From positions 1,212,455 through 1,257,742 of the forward strand of contig NW_008246072.1 of the NCBI RefSeq assembly GCF_000281045.1: a DNA stretch of 45,288 nucleotides, in the 5' to 3' direction. The DNA comes from Saprolegnia diclina VS20. Its lineage: Eukaryota. The notes beneath the pieces were generated by a model that was not told the DNA's origin, ran no database searches, and saw only the letters and a list, made by a program, of their open reading frames with translations. How positions within the stretch are numbered: the stretch's first letter is position 1; the number at the start of each line of letters is the position of its first letter. The position numbers were made by a program, and so were the translations under genes. This document shows, one piece after another, positions 36,296 through 45,288 of this stretch.

Positions 36296-37995
36296 CTATG
36301 GCGACTCGGTGTCCGAGTCCCGACTGCTACTACTGTCAGTAGAGGACAAGGCTGCGTCATGGGCGTAGTGCTGGTTGAGGATGCGGAAGAGGTTGATGTA
36401 CAGCGCCTTGGCTTGCCCGTCAAAGTGTGTGCCGCACAAGTGGTTCTTCTCGAGATGGTACGTGTGCCAGCGCCCGCGCTGGAGCTCGCCGTCGTCTTGG
36501 CAGTGCTTTTCAATATCGATCGAGAGATGCGACGCCGACCGACTCGGCGCCTTGTCGTCGTCCTTTGGCGCGTCCGGCCCATCGACCCGCGGGTACAGCT
36601 GTGAGTACGTGTTGACGATGCCGTCGTTGTGCACCCAGTGGTCGCTGTTGAAGCCTGCATCTCCATGAGTTTGAGATCCCAAGAAAAAGTGTCGAGCGCA
36701 CCGTCGTAGAGCGCGTCTTCGCCCATCTTTTCGGTGCGCTTGCGGATGAGCCACATGAGGCCCCAGAGGCTCGTGCGGGCTTTGGAGTAGTCGAGGCGCT
36801 GCAGCCGCGACCAGACGAGTGCGAGCACCGTGAGGCAGAGCGAGCAGCGCGTGATGCGCGTCGGCCAGAGCTTCTTGCGCCGGTAGAGCAGCACGACAAG
36901 TGCCAGTCCAAGCGCCCACTCGCGCAGCTACAACACATGTGGATACGAGCGTCGTGGAAAACGGCGGCCTACAGGCACGTGGTGCTGGTCCTTGGCGTTC
37001 GTGACGATGCTGAAGAGGTGGACCTTGTCCATGTGCACGAGCTGCTTGTTGCGCTGGACGCGGTAGTCTGGCAAGAGATCGTAGAGCGCTAAGAAGAGTG
37101 CATCAGTCGCTCGCACTAGCTGGCCGCATCAACCGAGGTCCTTGCTCGTATGGACGCGGTTCGTCGTCGAGTAGAACATGTCCCAGCCCGTTTGGTTCAT
37201 CCACTGGTCGAGGCCGAGGTCGTAGATGCCCTTGAGCCGCGGACAAAGAAAGTTCTGCACCTTCCACCAGAGGCCAATGCCCATGACAGCGACGTGGCCG
37301 CCGCTGAGCACTGGCATCGGACGCACGAGGTCGGCGCTCATGAGATTTGTCAGCGTCGACCTGCCTCGTTCGATGAGCCTCCGTGGAAGAGACGACGACA
37401 TACCCCGTGAGTGGCCCCGAGATGCTAATGATGCTTTTGACCCACGTGTGGTCGCTGCCAACGCCGAACGCGTCTTGACACAGCAACTGGTAGAGCTCGA
37501 TGGCTACACGTTGATGAGCTACTGCTAGTCAAGACATGAGAGCCACCTGTCGTCGCGCCGTAGCTGTGACCGAGGAGGTGCACGGGGTTTGCGCTGCTCC
37601 ACGTCGGATGCATGGCCGTCTCCTTGGGGTACGTCGCGCCAAAGCGCAAGTGACCTGCCACCAGCATCAACACGGTGTTGCCAGGTAGAGAACGGCTGTG
37701 TACCCATCTTGCACGAATGCTCCTCGCCGTAGTCGACTTGACCGCCATAGACTTGGTAGAACGCTTCGCACGCGCGATCATGGTCTGAGGACGCCTTCCC
37801 GACGTCAACGATGTGGTGGTTCGGGTTGACCTCGTCAAGCGCCTTCACGGGCCAGTAGTTGGGCATGTAGCCGTACAACGGCGACTTGTTGCCCCATCCA
37901 AAGACGCCTGCACATACAGCGCGTCAACCTTCGTCGTAGAGCTCCATGCTCACAGTACCGTGGATGAAGATGACCGGGTCACGCGTCGCTTCCAT
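36296..37995 (-). CDS. Lipase, paralog 3 (more divergent)
   Basis: PVIFIHG|VFGWGN, SSDHDRACEAFYQVYGGQVDYG, HLLGHSYGATT, WVHNDGIVNTYSQ, GRWHTYHLEKNH. Confidence 0.88.
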
Positions 37996-38444
37996 CTCTT
38001 GCTGCCCGCTGATGATGTTGCACTTTGCATTTCACATACGGCGGATACCCTACTAAGTGCGATATGTAAGGGCGTCGATCCGTGCGGTTTTATACCAGGA
38101 ATATAGCGTACTTAAACGAGATTCCACACCTGCGTGTGACAGTGTGTGACACATGTAGGTGTGAAACAAGAAATAGTGTTCGTCAGTCGACGAGCTGCCC
38201 CGTTCGACTGTGACCTTACACCTTACACCATCAGCGCATCCATTAGAGAAGGCACGTATGAACGCAATTTTCCTATGCGATCGGGCAGCTTCTCCAAGTG
38301 ACTCCGAACAAGGCGATCTTTGCATATCTTCACACTATTAAGTGTCTGACTACGTAAGCATCATACTAACCTCTAACGTGACATCAACATACCTGCGAGA
38401 CTGGATGGTCCGATCGATTCTAACAGGTTTTGCAATTGGCCAAC

Positions 38445-39420
38445 ATGAGCGATGGTATGGCCGAGCTCGGCTTCAACGACGTCCCGCGCGGCCACGTCCT
38501 CTTGGTCAACGACGTCGTCGAGGCCAATGGCTGCTTCCTCCTCCACCATCTGACGTCCATGGCTGTGCGAGCAGGTAGGTCAAGCACCGCCCACCATCTT
38601 TGACGCCATGCGGCTAGAGCAACGGGTATGCATGCTCGCCCTCAGCAACAGCGTCGAGCAGTTTACCAGCGTGGGCCGCAAGATGGTACGCCCTGCTGTG
38701 GTCCCATGTTCGACGTCTGTATCTGAGCGCAGGGCGTCAACGTGCAAGCAGCAATTGCACGCCAGCGCTGGCTGCACATCGATGGCTTCTCGCGCCCGTA
38801 CGACTGGTGCGTTACGGCGCCGACCGACGGGACGTTCAGCATGGCCAGCGCAGACACGCCCAGCGACTTGCAGGCGCTCTACCTGCGTGTCCAGTCGTAT
38901 GTGGCCACCGAGGCTTGCGTCATTGTGATCGACGACCTCACCACGCTGGCGGCGTTCTACGGTGTACCGGCGGCACTCACGTTTGTCCGCTACTGCCGCC
39001 ACCTTGCTCTCACAACCGAGGTATCGAGCTCTACTGGGATTCGTGTGGCTTATAAGACTGTCTAGTCGACCTTGCTCATGCTCATGCACGGAGACGTCGA
39101 CTACGAAGACCATGTCACGTCTTTTGTACGTAGCAGGGCCATCTTCCGCGTCTAAAAGCTGTTAGATTCCCGCCGTGACAGACTTGGCGTCGACGGTCCT
39201 CACGGTGCGCGGCCTCGAGAGCGGCTACTGCAAAGACATCCATGGCTCGGTACTCGTCGCACGTCGTCGTCTCGGCAATACCTCCACATGTGCATAGGTG
39301 ACCGTCACGCCCCGGCAGCAGCCCGCATGTCGGCCCGTCATCTCGATGGTGGCCAAGACGCTGCAGTTCAAACTCGTCGAGTCGGGCATGCGCTCGATCC
39401 GCGCCGGCCTCGATGTTTAA
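38445..39420 (+). CDS. ELP6: Elongator complex subunit 6-like, multi-exon
   Basis: [64 protein letters not shown] match the Elp6 RecA-like pattern. Confidence 0.8.
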
Positions 39421-39452
39421 CCGATGTTTAACTCCAATTAACAAAAATAGTG

Positions 39453-39458
39453 AAAAAA
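39453..39458 (-). terminator. RNA polymerase III terminator (T6)
   Basis: TTTTTT begins 2 nt after the tRNA 3' end on the minus strand. Confidence 0.85.
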
Positions 39459-39460
39459 GG

Positions 39461-39547
39461 CGCAGACGAGGAGGAATCGAACCCCTGCCACGCTAATGGC
39501 CCACGGTTTTGAAGACCGCGCCCGGCACCAGCCAGGATCACGCTTGC
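39461..39547 (-). tRNA. trsp: tRNA-Sec (anticodon UCA)
   Basis: GCAAGCGTGATCCTGGCTGGTGCCGGGCGCGGTCTTCAAAACCGTGGGCCATTAGCGTGGCAGGGGTTCGATTCCTCCTCGTCTGCG, 87 nt. 6-bp D stem with UGGU loop, 6-bp anticodon stem with CU-UCA-AA loop, 5-bp variable arm, 4-bp T stem, 9-position acceptor stem, G discriminator. Confidence 0.95.
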
Positions 39548-39575
39548 ATGATGAGCCCGACTTCTTGGGTTCCTA

Positions 39576-39586
39576 TTAAAATATAT
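39576..39586 (-). promoter_or_regulatory. TATA-like element upstream of tRNA-Sec
   Basis: ATATATTTTAA at about -29 to -39 in GC-rich DNA; upstream TATA boxes are typical of eukaryotic tRNA-Sec genes. Confidence 0.6.
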
Positions 39587-40000
39587 CACTTGATTTCTTA
39601 CCAGATAAGATCTGCTATGACAATGTAGCATGATGCAAGCGCCGTCATCGCGTTCGAGCAACGAGGGCGGAGATCGCAGTCGCCAAGGAACGTTATTCGA
39701 ATCGCTGGCGTGCTGGACTTTATGGCTAATACCTCCTCACTGCGGTGTACGAGCGGTATTACCTCAAAGCATAGACAGGACGCACTTCCTCTGGAAGCGC
39801 CGCTTGCGGAGGTCGCGGTGTTCGCGATCAAATCGCGAAGTGTTGCAGCCAGTTTTCTACCAAGTGCAAGGGTGACCACGTGACTCACATCATATCGCTC
39901 AATGATTGGCTATAAAGATGGCGTTTCACATTTTCGCGTGATGTGATTGGTCCTGCACGAAAAAGCCGCTCGCAGGATGCCATCTCGCCCAAAGTGCAAG

Positions 40001-42087
40001 ATGATACGCCGCGCAGTCGTCCTCGCCGCGCTCGTCGCAGCATGCGATGGTGTCAACTACTCGATCAACGGCTGGTACCAGTGCAGCCTCAACTCCGAGT
40101 TCACGCCCGACGAGGCGTCGTCCACGGTGGCCGCCGACACGTCCCGGGCCTTCCTGCCCAACCGCCCGCCTACCCCGTGGAACCGGCACTTCGATTTCAA
40201 GCTCGACGCGCTGGACGACTACTTTGCCGCAAACAAGAAGATCAAGCCGTCCCAGACCGTCGTGCCCGAGTGCGCCGAGGTCCAAGTACCGCTGTGCCAC
40301 ACGGGTCTTTGCACGTCGTCCAAGCTCATCGAGTCGTTCGTCAAGCGCATTCCGGCCTCGAGCAGCCTGAGCGGCAAGAAGGCTCTCTTTCTCTTGCAAG
40401 GCGGCCCTGGCGCATCGTCAGTCAACAGTACTACTACATCGAGCTGCGTCCCAGACGTTAATATGTGCGGATGTAGTGGAGGGTCTTATGGCCAACCTCT
40501 ACTCGCTCCTCGACGGTCAGTTTAGCGTCTACACGCTCGACCACCGCGGCACGGGCCGGTCCTCTCTCCTCGACTGTGAGGCGTCGCAAGCGACCGCCGC
40601 CGGTAGCCCGAGCGGCGCCACCGTCACGATCGACGAGCTGCCTTTTTGCCTCTCAGATCTCAACTATCAGTTTGGTACACAGTGCCCATCTCTCATAATG
40701 GCGATGACTCATGCTGGCTGCAGGCCTCGATGCCAGCGCCTTCTCCGTCTCGAGCGCAGCTGCAGACTTAAACTACGTCCTCACGACGGACCCGGATCTG
40801 TCGACCTCGGATGTCTTTGTCTACGGCGTGAGCTACGGAACGTACCTCGTCGAGCGGCTCATGCACTTGGCGCCGCCCAACGTGCGCGGGTACCTCCTCG
40901 ACAGCGTCCAAGCAGAGACCTTCCCATCGTCCGACGCCAACCTCGCGGGCTATTACTCCAACTGGGACCGCGACTATGGTCAAGTCGCGTCGCACTTCTT
41001 CAGTCTCTGCGACGCCGACGCGTTCTGCGCTTCGCAGATTGGCCCGTCGTCCCAAGCCAAGCTCATGGCACTCTACGAAGCGCTCGATAAGAACACATCG
41101 ACGTGCGCAACACTCATTGCGAGCACCGAGCCGCCGTCCTGGGCGCTACGTAAGATCTTCGCCGGGCTCTTTATGGATATGGACAACCGGGCGCTGATTC
41201 CTGCGATCATCAAGCGCCTCGGACGCTGCAACGCCGACGACGTCCAAGTGCTTACCGCCGCGCTCTCGGTCTCGTCAGCATCGCCGTCCACGGTCACCTA
41301 CGTGCGCGGCAGCGACATGCTCTACAACACGATCGTGTTTTCCGAGATCTGGGAGCCGCAGACCGAGGCGTACCTCAAGAAGCTCTTCGCGGCCGAGCCG
41401 ATCGCGAGTGGCTTGTACGACGGCATTACGCCGCAGTACTGCCTCGTTGTCGGCAGCGCCACGGGGCCGATCTGCGCGGGCCAGGCCAAGGCCAAGACAA
41501 AAGGCTTCAAGTACACGCCAATCAAGGGCGTATGGAACACGTCGGCTGCGATCCCACCGAACGCGAGCGTCCTCGTGCTCTCTGGCGGCCTCGACCCGCA
41601 GACGCCCGCCAAGTACGCGACGCTGCAGTTCGAGAGCATGCTCGGCGACCGAAAAAAGCTCGTGCACTTCCCATTTGCGGCCCACGGCGTCATCAACACG
41701 ACGCCAATGACGCTGAACGGGTCGCTACCCTGCGGCTACAGCGTCATTGCGTCCTTCTTGAAAGAGGACGGCGACGTGCGCTCGATGGATGTCTCGTGCG
41801 TGGACGGCGTTGCGCCCTTGACGTTCCGCGTCCCGACTGACCTCGCGCAGTCGACGCTCCTCACGAGCGATGCGTTTGACGGCGCGTACGACCCGTCGCT
41901 CGCTGTCGCCGACAAGAAGGCGAGTGTTGTGACCGCCCTCAAGAACCAGAGCCAAGTACCTCTGATCGTCGTCTCGGCGCTCTTTGGCCTCTCGATGCTC
42001 GTCATCCTCGCCCTCGGGCTCGCGCTCCGAAGGCAGCGGGCGCGCCTCCAGAAAGGCCCGTCGTACGAAGCCGACACGGCGCCATGA
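40001..42087 (+). CDS. Secreted, C-terminally membrane-anchored alpha/beta hydrolase (S33/TAP-like peptidase)
   Basis: Signal peptide MIRRAVVLAALVAACDG, LLQGGPG, LDHRGTGRS, YGVSYGT (Ser), LSGGLDPQTP (Asp), AAHG (His), TM LIVVSALFGLSMLVILALGLAL; two introns. Confidence 0.88.
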
Positions 42088-42438
42088 TGCTTGAATTTGA
42101 TCCCAACATATAAGAAATCAGTTTTGATTCGCGACGATGCCACAAGTGGCGGGCGACCACTGCCACAAAGAGCCTGCATGACGCATGCATGCGGCAGGCA
42201 TGGGTCGCCGCCACTATCGCCGCCATGGCAACCTTCCTGCAAGAGGCTGACAAAGTGCATGCGCCAAGCACGACGACGGGGTGCTCGGCGATCGCAACAT
42301 GATATTGAACTGCGGGGTTTGATTTTTAATGACGAGCGTGGATTGGTCGAAATATCGTAATTTTAGCCAATGGCATCTGGCGAAAAGGGCCATCGTTCGA
42401 ATTTCGACTCGCGGTCCACACAAACAAGCCCGAGCACA

Positions 42439-42927
42439 ATGGCCGACGAAGTGGACTACGACTCGGACTCGAACGCGATGCAGGAGGACACGGAGCACTC
42501 GCGCAGCGCGGCCCGCTCCTTCAAGGGCCGCGGGGCTCGGCTCGGTGGTATGGTCAGCGACAGCAAGAACTTCAAGGGCGTCGGCGCGGGCGATACCAAG
42601 TCCAAGGTCCTCGGCGAGAAGAGCGTCGAAGGCTACGTGCTCTTTGTGAGCAACGTGCACGAAGAGGCCCAAGAAGAAGACCTCCTCGACGCCTTCCAAG
42701 AGGTCGCTGACGTGGCCAACATCCACCTCAACCTCGACCGCCGGACGGGCTTTGTCAAGGGCTACGCGCTTCTCGAATTCAAGACGGCGGAAGACGCGTC
42801 CGAAGTCATCGCGGAAATGAACAACAAGGAGCTTCTCGGCCAGACGATCAAGGTCGACTGGGCATTTGTCAAGGAGCAGACCGGCGGCAACCGCCGTGCT
42901 GGCGCCAACCGCAGCCGGCGGCAGTGA
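42439..42927 (+). CDS. RBM8A: RNA-binding protein 8A / Y14 (exon junction complex)
   Basis: KGRG, KSVEGYVLFVSNVHEEAQEED, NIHLNLDRRTGFVKGYALLEF, IKVDWAFVK. Confidence 0.96.
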   Translation: MADEVDYDSDSNAMQEDTEHSRSAARSFKGRGARLGGMVSDSKNFKGVGAGDTKSKVLGEKSVEGYVLFVSNVHEEAQEEDLLDAFQEVADVANIHLNLDRRTGFVKGYALLEFKTAEDASEVIAEMNNKELLGQTIKVDWAFVKEQTGGNRRAGANRSRRQ

Positions 42928-43053
42928 ACGTAGCGCCGTCCTTCCGCGCTCACACTTTGCATACTAACTCGACACGACTAAGCCTACGATATGTCGTCTG
43001 CGCATCATGCAGTGAATTCAGCACGACACGATATATTAGATATCACACTACGC

Positions 43054-44490
43054 TTAGTAGGGCGTCATGAGCTCCGTGCGCGCCTTGGCCTCCTTCTCGC
43101 GCTTGCGAGCGATGAGCCACGCGCCGCCCCAGAGGATGCACGCCCACGCGAGCCAGCCGTACGAGAAGGCGAGCGTCTTCTGCAGACCCGCCTTGTTCTC
43201 GTTACAGCGCGGGTCGAGCTTGGGCTCGTTGTTGATGACGACACTGCCGCACTGCGGCGCCCACATGTCCTTGAGCGCGCCGAGGATCATGGGCGACGGC
43301 ACGTCGCCAAAGAGATGCAGCAGCAGCGTGTTGAGCCCCATGGCAAAGCCGCGGCGGCGGCGCGAGACGCTGAGCAGAATCACGATCGTCGTCGCCGGCT
43401 GCGTCGAGAACATGAGGAGGAGCCCGATGCCAAAGGTCGCGAAGAAGACGATCTTGGACTCGATGAAGATGAGCGACGCAAAGAGGAAGGCGAGGCCCGA
43501 CGTCATCATGACAAACATCTGGAACGCCGCCGTCTTGCAGCGGTACTCGTCGTCGTCTTCGTGGCCCTTGCACGCGTGGTCGACGAGCCAGCCGCCGAGC
43601 GGCGACCCAATGAGACCCGCGAGGACGGCGACGCCGCCAAAGACGGTCGCCGCGATCGACTCGCTCAGGATGCCGTGGCCGATGAGGATCGCAGGCGCGA
43701 ACGCCCCCATGCCCGCGAGCGTGAACGAGTACGACGCGAGGCCGAGCGACGAGCAGAGGAAGAGCGGGCAGCGCACGATGGCCCAGACCTCGCCGAGCAC
43801 CGAGACCTTCTCGTCTTGGTGGTTGGTCTGCATCATGAGGTCTTCGTCGAGCTCCTGGTCCTTCAATGGCGCGTGGCCCATGGGCAGATCGTACTGCGTC
43901 GGGATCCACTTCCAGCACGCCCACGCCATCGGAAACATAAGGACAGCCGTAATGTAAAAGCCAATGTCCCAGCCGATCGTCTGCGCCGTGATCGAGCCGT
44001 ACGAGTAGCCGACGGCGGTACCCGCCGAGAGGCCGGCGTAGAAGATACCGAGCCACAGCGTGCGCTTCTCGGGCGGCGCAAACTCGTCGATGAACGGCGG
44101 CGCGGTCGCATGGAACGACGACTCGCCGATACCAGACGCGAGGCGACCGATGAGGAGCGCCGTGAAGCTCTTGAGAGGCTTGGCGAGGCCGCAGAGCACG
44201 ATGGCGAGCACCCAGATGAAGAGGCCGATGGCCGCGAGAAGGAACGGGCGGCGCGTCATGGACATGTAGCCGAAGATGCAGATGAAGACCGAGTAGGACG
44301 CGATGAAGGCCGAGACGAGGACGCCGATGTAGAAGCTCACATTGGCGGGATCGACGTTGTACGTTTCCTGCACGAAGAGCTGGAACTGGACCGGCGCGCC
44401 CGGGATGATGCCCCGGTCCACGTAGTTGAGCAGGTTGATCGCGCAGAGCAGCGCGAAGATGTGCGTCGCATTGTTGAGCTTGAAGCCCAT
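43054..44490 (-). CDS. Spinster-like MFS transporter, intronless
   Basis: INLLNYVDRGII, GRLASGIGESSF..APPFIDE, GTAVGY, HLFGDVPSP; about 12 hydrophobic segments. Confidence 0.92.
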   Translation of the reverse strand: MGFKLNNATHIFALLCAINLLNYVDRGIIPGAPVQFQLFVQETYNVDPANVSFYIGVLVSAFIASYSVFICIFGYMSMTRRPFLLAAIGLFIWVLAIVLCGLAKPLKSFTALLIGRLASGIGESSFHATAPPFIDEFAPPEKRTLWLGIFYAGLSAGTAVGYSYGSITAQTIGWDIGFYITAVLMFPMAWACWKWIPTQYDLPMGHAPLKDQELDEDLMMQTNHQDEKVSVLGEVWAIVRCPLFLCSSLGLASYSFTLAGMGAFAPAILIGHGILSESIAATVFGGVAVLAGLIGSPLGGWLVDHACKGHEDDDEYRCKTAAFQMFVMMTSGLAFLFASLIFIESKIVFFATFGIGLLLMFSTQPATTIVILLSVSRRRRGFAMGLNTLLLHLFGDVPSPMILGALKDMWAPQCGSVVINNEPKLDPRCNENKAGLQKTLAFSYGWLAWACILWGGAWLIARKREKEAKARTELMTPY

Positions 44491-45288
44491 GGCGCCGATC
44501 GGACAATGGCCAGCCCAGTGCGAAGCCACATCCGGATAGCCGGGCAGATGCGTCCGGATAGCGGACGTGAGCAACGCCGGGTTTTTCCCGGAGATTCAAC
44601 CGAGGTCCACGTTGCTGATAGCAGCAGCGATCGTCGCGCGATGGACGGCGGGCAGAAGAGCCGCATGAACGGGTCATGGACGAAGCATGCGAGGCTGGCA
44701 GGCAGGGCCAAGCCAGGCAAGGAGGACGTGCGATGTTTGTCTCTGGTTGCCCCGTTCCACCCGCCATGCGGACGGTCCGTAGGTGGGACTCGGCGTGTGT
44801 ATCTATAGCCGGTCGCCACCTGCATTGGGCATGTATATTCTGGCCAAGATGAATGGCGAAGGACATGGCAGATGTAGGTACCACGTGCGCCAGCAGCAAT
44901 CAGACGCTCGTGGGTCGACTAAACACGCACCGTGGGCGGAACGCTCGCCGCACGCGCGCGCAAGGTGCGCCGACGACCAGGCTCAAGCAGCCGAGAGAAG
45001 CAACTCAGAGCCGTCGCCGTGGCAAGCTGTGGCGTCCCTGCGGCTGCATAGGCAGTAGCAACTAAGATGCTCCCGAATCGAGCCCGTCCACCGCACCCAC
45101 CCACGTCACCTCCCAAGATCGTCGCTCGTTGTGCACGGACGCGGAAGAGACGCGGCTTCCTCGACAACCGTCATCACGCGCGCCAAGAACGGGATCTCGT
45201 TCTTCGGCCCTTGAGTCGGCTGCCACCACAGCTCAGTGCTAGGAGCTCCGCCTATGCACCTACGTGGCGCTTGGAATAGCTCTTGGAC

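Noticed and set aside
39461..39547. Opal suppressor tRNA-Ser/Trp or an altered genetic code
   Set aside because: The 6-bp D stem and 9/4 fold are specific to tRNA-Sec, and TGA is used as a normal stop here (8233, 34281, 42087, 42927).
1..45288. A selenoprotein gene (in-frame TGA plus SECIS) near the tRNA-Sec
   Set aside because: The TGAs I checked that interrupt frames (e.g. 10734-10736, 28563-28565) fall in intron-sized gaps between exons. No convincing SECIS was seen by eye; SECISearch would be needed to exclude one.
44491..45288. Short ORFs at the right end
   Set aside because: No motifs or coding-like bias; probably upstream region of the MFS gene.

Overview
Gene-dense, GC-rich eukaryotic DNA with many very short (about 30-65 nt) spliceosomal introns. 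Gene content and intron style fit an oomycete, probably Saprolegniales (inference). The window opens with two broken copies of an SPFH/band-7 gene around an assembly gap, head-to-head with an intact SPFH gene. It then carries a ZnF-C2 protein, a multi-pass membrane protein, MDP1, RFC5, a GT71 mannosyltransferase-like gene, a C2HC-finger protein, RPN10, IFT25, three paralogous lipases resembling Firmicute family I.5/I.6 enzymes, a zf-4CXXC_R1/PHD/bromodomain protein, Notchless, a Siva-like protein, MER3/HFM1, DNA ligase I, ELP6, a secreted alpha/beta hydrolase, Y14/RBM8A and a spinster-like MFS transporter. The main feature missed by the ORF track is a complete selenocysteine tRNA gene (anticodon UCA, 9/4 fold) at 39461-39547 on the minus strand. 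It lies 40 bp from the ELP6 stop, with an unexplained hairpin cluster just upstream. Exon boundaries were read by eye, CDS coordinates are start-to-stop spans including introns, and family calls come from motif recognition, not database searches.
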